Origin: a virus
IMG/VR virus record: IMGVR_UViG_3300027708_000022
Coordinates: 32,001-96,000 of that record
Length of the DNA: 64,000 bases
Strand: one strand, 5' to 3'
The position numbers and the translations under genes are program-made. Position 1 is the stretch's first letter. Each line of letters begins with the position of its first letter. This document shows positions 12,001 through 21,469 of this stretch, in pieces. A model generated the notes under the pieces. That model was given only the letters and a program-made list of their open reading frames with translations, was not told the origin of the DNA and made no database searches.

Positions 12001-12029
12001 TTGACATTAAAGTTGGTATTTAACGACAT
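6066..12029 (-). CDS. Large baseplate/tail structural protein, DUF4815/VrlC-like
   Basis: NVNPYYDDFD..LFKPGYAVQARELTQLQ, ARRTYDESG, DPLAQTF motifs; 1987 aa. Confidence 0.8.
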   Translation of the reverse strand: MSLNTNFNVNPYYDDFDEDKKFLRMLFKPGYAVQARELTQLQTILQNQVKRFGNNIFKNGSLVTGGQTFIQDATYLKLSTDYAGSAVVANNFTGMSILDSTGTKRGEVVVVYDADAGTGDPKTLMVKQVYGNTFTALETIRTDEAAPVYANIATSGVGTGQVFSVNEGVFYYDGFFIKNDAQTIALSKYDNTSANVRIGFEIQESTVVYTQDTSLLDPAQDASNFQAPGSDRYKINLVLASRSLTSVDDTQFIELARVESGILVYANKYPLYAILEDTLARRTYDESGNYTVRPFKLSLETSAANTAKANVTLSPGKAYVYGYEFETIAPTTITVDKPRTTSSVNNKRLSADYGYYVYSNTQYGSFPINSLQTIDLHCVANANINVTTTGAISNTKIGTARVKTIEFETAANTSNSATYIYRTYLFDVSVGTINGGNCNNGIASTNTTYLQLANTLSGSLLYSTVDNAYTGAKLRITAGPGVGETPKTITNYKGSTQTIQISQPFIANVNSASTWAIDFGFPQVQSLAITSSTTRLAAADIDISSKDQATTYLDSIISDTTLEPLIFPLGEDFIANNTIGDLSFSYRRLYESQSFSSSVSPTLSVGTGESVSAASSTSSRNEKYQIAVTSAGTSPYKVGQLISADLFTVDTGTRKITVTNANNMVANITGTIDTSNPSAKSKTYVAANTTIQSSSGTSIFANNGVILYASQGQTHIMANTLIKTVDTPQSLFVSDVIGIVSVLDFNGYSITTANTAYATEIKTKYALDNGQRDSYYGHAAIKLIPGNTPPTGPLAVLYNRFSSSGAGYFDVDSYNGYDYGSIPQYTAKATGQLYNLRDCLDFRPVRATPTSTATANTVTYDVDSTTTGPKIPENGSDILLDYQYYLPRIDKVALNKNRTFEVIQGVPSLTPVEPKDKDGSMTMYILHEPAYVANTSNISVQYIDNRRFTMKDIGTISKRVDNLEYYTSLSLLEQSAVNKQDLTILDSTNLPRFKNGILVDSFNGHSVADVSNRDYKASIDPNIKELRPSFNISSSLLTFDAANSTNYLQTGPIITANSSQVVFVDQNKASRSFNINPFNVINYLGKINLDPPSDIWVDTSKRPDVLVNLQGDKDAWNLILASTYNYEWGDWSTYWTGQSVSGGEWVGRGQVGGGAGIAVYGTQTTTTTSAQTRSGTKTTVVASTITQSLGDRVLDVSIIPYMRNRNVLFTGSSFKPTSTLYGFFDNVDVNNNIVRLNKFTLNANNLQYQTQVGNLESVTVYNNTTSTSNGTALIALTSNTEAFIVSVNPYTAFNIASANLVGTVSGSSIRINGYDHYNGNAASAAANTITLRVDATGANNITTYVGSPIYIVSGTGSNQKRTISAYNSTTRVATVNTNWTTVPDSTSIYSIGNLTTSLSGDVAGLFYIPTGQFRVGEKHFRLIDTPSGDVASSSTNGDATFFAQGLLERTENTIISTTVPTIQRVAVNDNRVVTSTTSRSVVVGYYDPLAQTFLVSQNDYPDGLFLSKARFCFKSKDASQPITLQLRSTVNGYPSSSVVFPFSTVTLTPDQIKTSSSPDLDNADTYTEFVFDAPIYVQPGEYAFVLMTNSNGYETYAAEVGAFDTVSKRQISAQPYGGSFFLSQNGSTWVAEQNTDMMFRMYRHSFNTGVVSAKFKVATPSANTPYDLLHLMSSEVVLGNTSVRYTFNSEKATGGMAGEYSITPFTDYPMNDISDRRVLNPTTGNSTLTVTATMYTNSSVISPFLDSSRYGVIAVENIINNLPLSNSDIVLSSGGTAYSTNANAVVTITGGGGSGATAAAVVSSNVITSIYLTSNGSGYTTSPTITVVDANTTPGTGVTVTYNGEDKKSGGNGSVRYITRKVTLADGFDSGDLRIYLTAYKPSGSNILVYYKLLSTSDTDDFDNKGYQLMAQLSNSNFVSTNYNDYREIAYAPGYNTTANNSVNYVSGTTTFNSFRTFAIKIVMTGTSTTDVPKVRDFRAIALPAGN

Positions 12030-12041
12030 TAAACATTTTCC

Positions 12042-13592
12042 TTAGAATCTAATAACAAACTTAACATTTTCGGCTTGGCCATCAGCTCTTGTAATTTTTT
12101 GAACATTCTCAGCATACATTATATCACCGGTATATGGTTGAAATTCCGGAGTTGCAGCCTTTACTACGGTTCTTGTTACAGCTGAATTAGCACCAATTAA
12201 CGTACCACCAACAGTAACAGAACCTCTAACTTTAGTCAATCTAACTTCATTTGAAGATTGAGCATTAACAAATCCGTAAAAATAAGCATTGTTAGCAGAA
12301 GTGCCTTGATAAACAAACTCATTCAATGTAAAATTTGTACCAGCTACCAATGTTAAATTGGTTGTCTGAGAAATTACAGTATTAGCGTTAGAACTTATTA
12401 CTGCTGAAATATTACCATATTTATACGGATCTCTTAGAAGTCCATATTGTCTAAATGAAGTATCTATTGAAATTAAACCTGACTCAGTAGCATCAACAGC
12501 ACCAATTCTTTCTGCAACCATAACATTTGTTGCATCCAATTCTTTAGCTGGATTGAATCCGTGTCCAAACTTTGGTCCCATAATACATCTTGTTGTTGCA
12601 CCAGAACCTGGACCATAAATTGTTGCGTTGGCGTAAGAGTATCCTATACCTGTAACATCAATTGTTATTTTTGATATTTGACTATTAGCAATATTGGCTG
12701 AAGCTTCAGCACCAGTTCCATCGCCTTGAATGTAAACTCTGGTTGTGAAACTTACATTATTTCCTGTACCACCGCCACTTCCAGTTGTGACTGTTGATAG
12801 TGTAACTATACTTGTGACAGCATTAACAGACGAAACTAATGTTCCTGTTGCAATACCAGTTCCAGTAATGTACATATTTGCAGCAACATTTGTAGTATTT
12901 GCTAAAGTTATGAAACCTACTCCAGATGCAAAAGCTGATGCTGAAATTGTTGGATTGGCATATCCTGTGCCACCAGAAGTTACAATAATTGTTGTCAATT
13001 CACCATCAACAGGTCCAGTTGAACTAACATTATAGTCCAATTTATTAGTTGATACAGGTGCAGGAACCCAATTTGTAGTTAAGAATTTGTTTGATGGTTT
13101 AACATTGTACATATACTTCCAAATAAAACCATCAGCGGTTACAATTGTACCATTTGCGCTCGTATAGTCACCAGTAGGTTGTACTGAAGAATTTGATGAT
13201 GCATTATTTGATAAACATTTGTAAACATTTCTATCGGTTGTAATAACATACATCGGATTAACATTCAATGTTGTGTTGGCTGTCAACAACTCATCCAATG
13301 CAATTTTGTCATCATATTGTTTGTACTTACCGTTTGTTGTCCAGTTTACACGAGGGATGACCATTTCCACATCATTACCTGTGATTCTCTTGGCTGCAAA
13401 CATATTATCCCATGCTGATTTTTCATCAGATGTGGAATCTACAATTGAGTTTGGAGAAGATTCGTTCGCATATGGAACATTATTCCCAATGAAAACATAA
13501 CCAACAGTTGCTGGTTCTGGTTCAGAGAATGACTCTTTAAATTGTTCTGCGTTATTAAACGACAGTTTTTTGGATGTATAATAAGTTGCCAT
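12042..13592 (-). CDS. gp8: Baseplate wedge protein gp8
   Basis: IPRVNW, VYKCLSN, DGFIWKYMY motifs; synteny. Confidence 0.85.
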   Translation of the reverse strand: MATYYTSKKLSFNNAEQFKESFSEPEPATVGYVFIGNNVPYANESSPNSIVDSTSDEKSAWDNMFAAKRITGNDVEMVIPRVNWTTNGKYKQYDDKIALDELLTANTTLNVNPMYVITTDRNVYKCLSNNASSNSSVQPTGDYTSANGTIVTADGFIWKYMYNVKPSNKFLTTNWVPAPVSTNKLDYNVSSTGPVDGELTTIIVTSGGTGYANPTISASAFASGVGFITLANTTNVAANMYITGTGIATGTLVSSVNAVTSIVTLSTVTTGSGGGTGNNVSFTTRVYIQGDGTGAEASANIANSQISKITIDVTGIGYSYANATIYGPGSGATTRCIMGPKFGHGFNPAKELDATNVMVAERIGAVDATESGLISIDTSFRQYGLLRDPYKYGNISAVISSNANTVISQTTNLTLVAGTNFTLNEFVYQGTSANNAYFYGFVNAQSSNEVRLTKVRGSVTVGGTLIGANSAVTRTVVKAATPEFQPYTGDIMYAENVQKITRADGQAENVKFVIRF

Positions 13593-13597
13593 AGTTT

Positions 13598-13605
13598 TAT
13601 TTATG
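13598..13605 (-). promoter_or_regulatory. Late promoter variant CATAAATA
   Basis: 5 nt upstream of gp8 ATG. Confidence 0.55.
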
Positions 13606-16117
13606 TGACAATTACGAGGGTTTGGTCATTTGCAGTTTGCGTAAATGCAGAAGAAACGGTTACTACTCCGTTACTATAGATACTATTAACTGTTCTAATT
13701 TGTGAGTTAACTGCAATCTGTGAACCGATTGTTAGAATATTATTAGTATTAGCAATATTGAATCGTGTATTGGTACCTGTAACAACAATACTTCCTGAGT
13801 ACACATTAACAGTACCAGAAATTGTTGAACCGGTTGTTATAGCATTTGAAGTAATACCATTTGATAGAATAGTTTCATCAATCTTATACTCAGCGTATTG
13901 CACAAATCCAGCTGGATGAATTAGATTTTTGAATATCTCTTTAAACTTACTAAACTCAACAGATGAAGATAGAACATATGCATAGTCAACATAATATTCA
14001 CGACCCTGTACAACACGCTCTGATGCTGATAAAATACTATCTGAAGTTGGCCAACGACCTGGGAATGTTATATAACTTGATTCAACTTTAGCATTTGCAG
14101 TAGCTTTACCATCACCATAACCAGTCAAATCAATCTGTGGTGGGTATTTGTATCCTGCACCAGAATTAACTATACGAATCTTTAGAATTGCACCTAATGC
14201 CTGGTCAGCAGATCCATAAAGATTTTCACCATCACCCATAAGAGCTATGACTGACAAGTTGGCGTTTGCACCAGTTTTTGATGAAACAGTTAATGTTGGT
14301 AATTTATCACTATAAAAGTTTTGACCACCAATCAAATGTTTACCATGAACACCAATTTTTTTATCTGTTGTGGCATAAGTAAAGTTAACATTAACATTGA
14401 ATGAAGTATTTGAAGAAATAGAATTGATGTACCTTGATTGATTATTAATCATAATCAAATCACCAACACGCAAATCTTCCTGAAACTTTGTATTTGTTCC
14501 AGTAACTATAACATTTGCATTACCATATGTGTTAGCTGTACCAACAATTCTAGATGGTTGCAACTCAACTTTTGTAATTGCGCCATTTGATGATATACCA
14601 GTTACAGCGGCCGCAGCACCAATACCAAAAGTCATTGGTTGATTATAGAATAATATCTCATCACCAACTTTATAATTATTACCACCGTTATTGATTTGAA
14701 TTCTACCTAAAGACCTAGAACTTAAAACAAAATGGGTTGTGGTGTTTGCAAGGTATTGTGCAGAGTCAGCATCAAGTGTTGGCACAGTTGCGAATGCTGT
14801 ATTAGAAAAAAGAATTGCTACATTAGTAATAGCACCAATACTGGATATTGTACTGAAACTAAATGCATCAACCAATTTTGTATTTGCATTTTCACCACTT
14901 GGTATAACAGTTGAACTGAAACCGTAATTCGAATTCGAAATATTGACACTTGCAAAGTCTGAAATTCTATCTGTATTAACAGTGAATACATTTGCAGTAT
15001 TTTGGCCAGATACATCAACACCATCAATAGCCAATACGATTGCAGAATTAGCTGCCAAACCAACTACATTAACATTAGAACCTACTTTGAAACCTGCACC
15101 ACCTTGTAGTACAGAAATTTTGTTAATAAATCCAGAGAATACCTCAGTTATAATTGCTTCAGCTGATGTTGTTGATGATCCACCTGATATAAGAACTGGA
15201 TCACCAACATTATAACTTGCGCCACCGTTAATAATGTATATAACACTCAAATTAGACAGACCTAAAACTTTGATGTTTATTAAAGAACCATCGTCAGGGT
15301 CAATAATATCTAATAAAGCATTTTCACCATTACCAAAAGTACCAACTAATGTTTTACTATTGATGTATAATTCAAATGTTGGTACAGCATTATTTGTTTT
15401 TTGTGATGCTCTCTCAACAATGGCTGTTGCACCAGATGTTGTTCCGGTTATCTTTCTATTTTTTAATAAGTCAAAATCAAATGAGTCATACAAAACTTCA
15501 ATGCCAGCGCCAGAAGCTGGTGCTGTATTAAAAATTAATTTTCTCGATTCTTTACGAACATTGTAACCAGATGTTTGTACTACACCATTAACATAAACGG
15601 TAATCTCATCATATGCTACTACTTGAGCTAATTTAAATATTTTGGTTGTTGCATCACCTGTATGTTTACTATAAACTGTTTGTGATATTTTAAATGCATT
15701 TTCAACCAACCATTTACCATCTGATGCTCTAAGAATGTTTGTTTTTGGTTGTAGAATTTCCAGTTCTTCATTATAAAGAAGTCTGAACAACAACTTAAAC
15801 GATTTCTCATTACCTTTAGCCAAGTAAAGTGGCAAAACGTGTTTAAGTAAAACAGCTCTATCAACTTGTACATCCTGTGGGAATAAAGATGCATATGTGG
15901 CAAAAAAGTTGTCTTGAAAATCGTCAATAGAAGAATCAACATCGGTAGCATAACGAAGGTCTTTTGATTTTGTTACCAAGTCATTTAATTCTGTACCTTG
16001 TTTGTTCTCCAAATATTCATAATATGCTTCCATAAAAGCAATAAAATTTGGATGTTCTTCACGAACAAACTCCGGTAACTGACTACTAACCAGTAGAGAA
16101 GTTTTTTGGTCAGTCAT
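13601..16117 (-). CDS. gp7: Baseplate wedge initiator gp7-like
   Basis: QLPEFVREEHP, YLAKGNEKSF, HPAGF motifs; between gp6 and gp8. Confidence 0.75.
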   Translation of the reverse strand: MTDQKTSLLVSSQLPEFVREEHPNFIAFMEAYYEYLENKQGTELNDLVTKSKDLRYATDVDSSIDDFQDNFFATYASLFPQDVQVDRAVLLKHVLPLYLAKGNEKSFKLLFRLLYNEELEILQPKTNILRASDGKWLVENAFKISQTVYSKHTGDATTKIFKLAQVVAYDEITVYVNGVVQTSGYNVRKESRKLIFNTAPASGAGIEVLYDSFDFDLLKNRKITGTTSGATAIVERASQKTNNAVPTFELYINSKTLVGTFGNGENALLDIIDPDDGSLINIKVLGLSNLSVIYIINGGASYNVGDPVLISGGSSTTSAEAIITEVFSGFINKISVLQGGAGFKVGSNVNVVGLAANSAIVLAIDGVDVSGQNTANVFTVNTDRISDFASVNISNSNYGFSSTVIPSGENANTKLVDAFSFSTISSIGAITNVAILFSNTAFATVPTLDADSAQYLANTTTHFVLSSRSLGRIQINNGGNNYKVGDEILFYNQPMTFGIGAAAAVTGISSNGAITKVELQPSRIVGTANTYGNANVIVTGTNTKFQEDLRVGDLIMINNQSRYINSISSNTSFNVNVNFTYATTDKKIGVHGKHLIGGQNFYSDKLPTLTVSSKTGANANLSVIALMGDGENLYGSADQALGAILKIRIVNSGAGYKYPPQIDLTGYGDGKATANAKVESSYITFPGRWPTSDSILSASERVVQGREYYVDYAYVLSSSVEFSKFKEIFKNLIHPAGFVQYAEYKIDETILSNGITSNAITTGSTISGTVNVYSGSIVVTGTNTRFNIANTNNILTIGSQIAVNSQIRTVNSIYSNGVVTVSSAFTQTANDQTLVIVT

Positions 16118-18168
16118 TAAGTATTAGTCTTTTTTTCTAGTATTGTTAAGATAGAAGTTGGATCATCAACATCTATGGTAATAATAGTATCTCTTGTTGA
16201 CTGAATGATACCCTTTTCTGCTTCAATATTTAACCTAATCAAACCATCAGTCGAGTCAACAGAAGTTAATCTAATATCATTAATAGTTATGATACCATTA
16301 TTATAGTCGATTGTACCAGCATTTGAATTGATAATCTGTCTCTGTGCTAATGAGTCGTAGTAAATTGTTCGTAGTGTACCTGTTCTTCCATCAATAACAG
16401 CAACGGCTTCTGCACCGTAACCACTACCGCCGGTGATAGTAACAATAGCTCTAGTGTAGTCTGTACCACGATTTGTGATAGTGATACTTTGTATTTTTGA
16501 ATTAACAATCACGGCTTCTGCTGTTGCACCAGTACCATCACCACTTATGGTAACTGTTGGTGTTGTTACATAACCAGAACCTGGATTTGTAATCTGAATA
16601 TCTGAAACACCGGTGTATGACTGTGGTGCTTCTTCAAATAAAGCATACCTTGAAACCCCTGTGGTATCATTTACAGTAAATGCGGTTGAAGTTAACCTGT
16701 TCGTAAGTGTTCCACGATGTAGAGGTACATTATACTTAATGGTATAACTTGCTGACTCATTTAATTTTGGAGTAAACCTTCTTTGTAAACGAACAATAGT
16801 TTCAGAACCAACAATTGCATTAGCGTCAACACTATCAATGTTATCTTGCATCTTTGATTGAATAAATGTTGAATTGAATTTATCCAAATTTGTTGTTTTG
16901 TAATTTATAACAGCTTGTTTAATATTGTTTTTTAATGTTTGTTCATCTAAAGAAGTTTTCTTTGTATCATATTGCACAGTATTTTCTATAATCAAATACA
17001 AATATTGTGTGTCTCTAATTTCAGCCTGAACAGAAACAATAGATTTTGGGTTAATAATTTCGTCAATGATTCTTTGCTTTTCTGTTTCGGAAATGTAGTA
17101 ACCGCTCTTAGGTTTCAAAGCAATGTAAACTTTACCAAACACTTTTGGTATTTCATCTTCACCACCCCAAACGGATAAACTGTCTACGCTAGGATAGTTA
17201 CTTTTAATATATGCTTCATAATCTTTAACAGTTACCAATCTATTCTGAGTAGCATACTGTGCGGCAGCTGAATACTTGATTGAATCTACATTTTCATTTG
17301 TAGAACCGCCGGCTGCTGATGAAACTGTATCTATTGTAAATGTTGAATAACCACCAATGTTTTGTGTACCAATAAAAGCATTGGCTTTATTTGCCAAATC
17401 ACCTTTTGTTTTCAAGTATGTTATAGAAACAATAGCACCATCTGGTAATTTTTTACCAACAACATCATCACCAAAATAAATTTGATAGTTACCATTTCGG
17501 CCTTCTTGTAAAAAGAACACCTCACTGGTTGATGTGATATCTAAAATATCTGTTACTTTACTATACAGAGTTGATTGTGTATTACTTGCATTAGGTTTAA
17601 CGATAACAGTTATTGTGGTAGTATCTACCGAAGTATCATTAATTGTGAATATAGATTTAGGATTATCAATTTTGGTATAAGAATAATTATATGTTACCAA
17701 CTGTCCTTCATAAATTTCAACATTCTCAAAATAGAAAGATGTATTTGATTTTGTAACAGTATAATTATCAAGTGTTACAAAACTGTAAGAAGTGCCATCA
17801 ATTAAGTTTGATAGAAAAGTATAACCTTTTGGAATAGAAAGTTCAGCCGGAACTGTTGTTCCAGAATTTATTGTTACATTAATTTTTGCCACAGGTGATG
17901 TGTATGAATAAGGAACATAATTCAACATCTTAGCATGAGATACCACAGAATCTCTCAGAATAGCTGTATCCAAGAATGATTCATTGGCAACCATATTGAG
18001 GTAATATGCGTTGTAATGTGTGTTGTATGCCAAAACCTCAAGAAGAATATTTAATCCAGAACCTTCAAAATCATAATCTTGAAATTGAGATTGTTGTTTT
18101 AAATATGTTTTAAGGTTTGTTTTGATTTGGTCAAAATCAAGTTCGGTAACTCGTAAACGGTTTGCCAT
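16117..18168 (-). CDS. gp6: Baseplate wedge protein gp6
   Basis: ELDFDQIK, DYDFEGS, FGDDVVGK, QNRLVTVKDY. Confidence 0.9.
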   Translation of the reverse strand: MANRLRVTELDFDQIKTNLKTYLKQQSQFQDYDFEGSGLNILLEVLAYNTHYNAYYLNMVANESFLDTAILRDSVVSHAKMLNYVPYSYTSPVAKINVTINSGTTVPAELSIPKGYTFLSNLIDGTSYSFVTLDNYTVTKSNTSFYFENVEIYEGQLVTYNYSYTKIDNPKSIFTINDTSVDTTTITVIVKPNASNTQSTLYSKVTDILDITSTSEVFFLQEGRNGNYQIYFGDDVVGKKLPDGAIVSITYLKTKGDLANKANAFIGTQNIGGYSTFTIDTVSSAAGGSTNENVDSIKYSAAAQYATQNRLVTVKDYEAYIKSNYPSVDSLSVWGGEDEIPKVFGKVYIALKPKSGYYISETEKQRIIDEIINPKSIVSVQAEIRDTQYLYLIIENTVQYDTKKTSLDEQTLKNNIKQAVINYKTTNLDKFNSTFIQSKMQDNIDSVDANAIVGSETIVRLQRRFTPKLNESASYTIKYNVPLHRGTLTNRLTSTAFTVNDTTGVSRYALFEEAPQSYTGVSDIQITNPGSGYVTTPTVTISGDGTGATAEAVIVNSKIQSITITNRGTDYTRAIVTITGGSGYGAEAVAVIDGRTGTLRTIYYDSLAQRQIINSNAGTIDYNNGIITINDIRLTSVDSTDGLIRLNIEAEKGIIQSTRDTIITIDVDDPTSILTILEKKTNT

Positions 18169-18169
18169 T

Positions 18170-18568
18170 TTATCTTATCCGTTGCAGCAAAAATCTTATT
18201 GTTATTGGTTCGCTTCTATTAACAATTTCAAATTCCATGTATATTCCAAATGAATTTTTATCATAAAGTGGTGCAACTTGTAGAGTTGTGATTCTAACTC
18301 TAGGTTCAAAATTGGCAATAGTTTGTCGTATTTCTCTATCTAAATTTGATGCAGTAATATTATCAAGTGGTTCAAACAACATTCTACGAATGTTGGAACC
18401 CAAATCTGGTTGAAACGGCCTCTCATAATGATTGGTAACCAACAGGTTACGAACAGAATGAATGACAGCTTGCTCATCTGTCCATCTGTTGATATCTTTT
18501 TTGACCGGATGAACATTAAAGTTCAAATCCAAGTCACTATACTGCCTATTGATTATTGAGGATGCCAT
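18170..18568 (-). CDS. gp25: Baseplate wedge protein gp25
   Basis: YSDLDL, ERPFQPDLGS, FEPRV. Confidence 0.9.
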   Translation of the reverse strand: MASSIINRQYSDLDLNFNVHPVKKDINRWTDEQAVIHSVRNLLVTNHYERPFQPDLGSNIRRMLFEPLDNITASNLDREIRQTIANFEPRVRITTLQVAPLYDKNSFGIYMEFEIVNRSEPITIRFLLQRIR

Positions 18569-18580
18569 GTTCTATTTATT

Positions 18581-19411
18581 CTATGTGTTGGCAATATTTG
18601 TCTTTAGAAGGTCAGTTCCAATTAAATTGTTCACCATGTATGTAGTCGTGTTGCCCATACTGGTAAAATTCTTAACAAAGTAATAATCATCTAAAATCTG
18701 TCTAGATTTTGCATAAAAATTCCAATCGTGAGCTCGTCTAACCGCAATCAAACTATTTGCAGTCTGTACATGAGTTATGATTGTATTAATTTGGTTAGCT
18801 GTTAAACTTGAAATTCCACCTGAATTGGCAGCATCCATAGCAAGTCTGTCGGTATAAATTACTAAATTATTGGCCGTCAACTCACTACTGATAAACAGGC
18901 TTGTAAAATTACCCAACATTGGTGTTGTATTGGAAATAGAATCTGTAGTATTGGTCAAAACCAGAAGTTGTTGGCCCATACTAATCACAGAATCATAATG
19001 TGGAATCGTTGTACTATCTGAAGTCGCTACTGTTAATCCAGATATATTATCGGTGTGCGATTTGAATGCATTAATTTCTGTGATGAATAATAGAGTAGTA
19101 TTAGCTAAATCCATTGCAGCATTACTTGCACCAATTTGTGTAAATGTATTTACTGGGTTACTATTAGCTGATGTGTAAATTGATGTGGCATTTGCCAATA
19201 ATGTTGTGCATACATTAGCTGTTGGATTTTTATAGTACCTACTTCTAGAAACAACACCATCCGCAATATCATTTTGTTGCCAAGTTGTAACTTCTGGTGG
19301 TGTAAGGGACAAATACTTCTTTGTTTGATCCGTTAAGTAAATACTATCACCATACTTTGTATCATCAAAGCTATAATTTAAACGAGCGAATACACTATTT
19401 GCAGTTGTCAT
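18581..19411 (-). CDS. Hypothetical baseplate-region protein
   Basis: 276-aa ORF between gp5 and gp25. Confidence 0.6.
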   Translation of the reverse strand: MTTANSVFARLNYSFDDTKYGDSIYLTDQTKKYLSLTPPEVTTWQQNDIADGVVSRSRYYKNPTANVCTTLLANATSIYTSANSNPVNTFTQIGASNAAMDLANTTLLFITEINAFKSHTDNISGLTVATSDSTTIPHYDSVISMGQQLLVLTNTTDSISNTTPMLGNFTSLFISSELTANNLVIYTDRLAMDAANSGGISSLTANQINTIITHVQTANSLIAVRRAHDWNFYAKSRQILDDYYFVKNFTSMGNTTTYMVNNLIGTDLLKTNIANT

Positions 19412-19421
19412 AATAATCTCA

Positions 19422-20267
19422 TTACATTAAAGGTATAGGTGGACCACTAGGTCCTTTTGGAGTAGGATGAATATGAGCATCGTACATATCTCTTATAATT
19501 TCCATCGAACCCCTCACATCAAAAACTTGAATACCTGTTACAAGTGGCGCTTGAACACTTGTTGTTCCCACAATAACACCAGGTGTTTCTCCTGCGTTTG
19601 GAAATCCAGAATAAATTCCACCTAAAGTAGAAATTCCAGCAATAGGATTTAAAGATGTTGGTACACCAGCGTGAATACCTGTACCCGCCGTAATTTGTCC
19701 TCGTGAAGTAATGGATTCAGATGTAATTGCACCATCAATATCAAGGTCACCCTGTAAAGATAATCTGCTTCCAGCTGCCATTCTTATAACACCGGATGTT
19801 GTTCCAACAGACAGGTCCATATCATTAGCAGTTTGAACTAATCGTTTATTTACAACTTGTTTGAAATTTCCTTGAACTTCCAAATAGTAGTCACCAGTAA
19901 TTTTTTCAGTCTTGTCACCATTAACCGTAATAGAAGTGTTGCCGTGTATAGTAACTTCACAGGCGCCCGTAATTGAAACTTTGTTACCTTTTTGGTAAAT
20001 TTCATAATTTGTTCCAATGATTTTAGTAACCATTGAACCATCAGGATGAACAGCTGTATATGTTCCCGTTCTATGAATCTCAGCTGTTGTTTCTGAACCA
20101 GGAGTATCATCTTTTACTGTTGTGTGACCTGAAGCTGTAGTAACAGCGGTCACATATGGATATGTTCCAATGTTTAATGGTCGTTCTGTCCAACCACCAA
20201 CGGTAGATTCACCCTCTAATAATTTATCTTGTTCTTCAGTTGTATATTTACTATTTGTTCCAGCCAT
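19422..20267 (-). CDS. gp5: gp5 C-terminal part: beta-helical central spike
   Basis: YPY..TASGH..DDTPG.E..HRTGT, V/IxG beta-helix repeats, terminal HIH motif. Confidence 0.75.
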   Translation of the reverse strand: MAGTNSKYTTEEQDKLLEGESTVGGWTERPLNIGTYPYVTAVTTASGHTTVKDDTPGSETTAEIHRTGTYTAVHPDGSMVTKIIGTNYEIYQKGNKVSITGACEVTIHGNTSITVNGDKTEKITGDYYLEVQGNFKQVVNKRLVQTANDMDLSVGTTSGVIRMAAGSRLSLQGDLDIDGAITSESITSRGQITAGTGIHAGVPTSLNPIAGISTLGGIYSGFPNAGETPGVIVGTTSVQAPLVTGIQVFDVRGSMEIIRDMYDAHIHPTPKGPSGPPIPLM

Positions 20268-20269
20268 AA

Positions 20270-21130
20270 TTATATTCTTCCATTTCCATATGAGGTACTA
20301 TCATATTGTGAGTATCCTGGGAAAAGTCCACTTAATACAGAATTCTTTTCAGTTTGCGATAATGTGCTAGGCGAAGTAACAGATCCAATAATTTTTGATG
20401 GAGCCTGCAATAATTCAGATGTTGCAGAAGTTAATTGCTTTGTACTATTTAATAATGTAGTAACATCGGAAGTAATACCACCATCATCTATGTCACCTAG
20501 TTCATCTATAGCTTGAAATATGTTTCTTTTTATTTCAGCATAGGCTTGTGCTAAACAGTCTTTAAAAAGTTTTAACAGTTGAGCGGGTAATGATAAAATG
20601 AAAGCAATCAAAGCACGAATTTTAGCAATCACCAAAACAACATTGTTTACGAAACCATTAATTAAATTTATATAGTATGTTATATTCTCAACAAGATTTT
20701 TTATAGACTTGATTATATCAGAGAATCCCCCAAAACCTGGAGTAATACCTAAGGCCTTCAATGCAGCATTTATGCCCTTTCTGATGCCCAAAATAATAGT
20801 TCTAGCTACGTCTGATGCAAGTTCAACAGCTTTACGGACATAATTATTTTGGCCACACTCATGTACTAAATTATTATTAATTTTTTCAATCACCGTACCT
20901 GTTGTCGTTGATGCAGAATTTGGTATAGTTGTATTTGAAGAATATTTTTGTACGGGTGGAAGTATACCGTTGACATTGTAAGAATATAATGCATCGGCCG
21001 CAGCTTTACTTGCAGCATCATTCAATCTATTCTCATAAGCAATATCGGTTTCCCCTGTTAGTTTTGGGGTAGTTATTGGATCCCTTGCAGCATCTTGGTA
21101 TGGTACAAGGTCGATTGTAATTAAAGCCAT
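20270..21130 (-). CDS. Helical protein between the two gp5 parts
   Basis: Amphipathic/hydrophobic helices; own RBS and start. Confidence 0.6.
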   Translation of the reverse strand: MALITIDLVPYQDAARDPITTPKLTGETDIAYENRLNDAASKAAADALYSYNVNGILPPVQKYSSNTTIPNSASTTTGTVIEKINNNLVHECGQNNYVRKAVELASDVARTIILGIRKGINAALKALGITPGFGGFSDIIKSIKNLVENITYYINLINGFVNNVVLVIAKIRALIAFILSLPAQLLKLFKDCLAQAYAEIKRNIFQAIDELGDIDDGGITSDVTTLLNSTKQLTSATSELLQAPSKIIGSVTSPSTLSQTEKNSVLSGLFPGYSQYDSTSYGNGRI

Positions 21131-21142
21131 TTCATAATCCTA

Positions 21143-21469
21143 TCAAGGCACACCAGTTACAACTGCGGGAGTATATGTTGTTGTGGTGTTTTTAACATAT
21201 CCCATTAAAACTCCAAGAACAAGTATTTCTTGTGCGTTCTGTCCATCTAATGCAGTAACATAAACCCAATCACCAATAGATATTGTTTCAAAATAACTTT
21301 TATGATTAGCTGAGTGTAGAACATGAGCCCATGGTAATTTATTTGTGGGAATTTTTATTTTATCATTACCATGAACATCATATATGCGTACACGGACTCT
21401 ACCCAATTTTAATGGGTCAGCATTATCTTCTACTATTCCAATTCCGTTGTATGTTTGTGATAATAACAT
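21143..21469 (-). CDS. gp5: gp5 N-terminal OB-fold as a stand-alone ORF
   Basis: GIVEDNADPLKLGRVRVR..LPWA..GDWV..DG. Confidence 0.8.
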   Translation of the reverse strand: MLLSQTYNGIGIVEDNADPLKLGRVRVRIYDVHGNDKIKIPTNKLPWAHVLHSANHKSYFETISIGDWVYVTALDGQNAQEILVLGVLMGYVKNTTTTYTPAVVTGVP

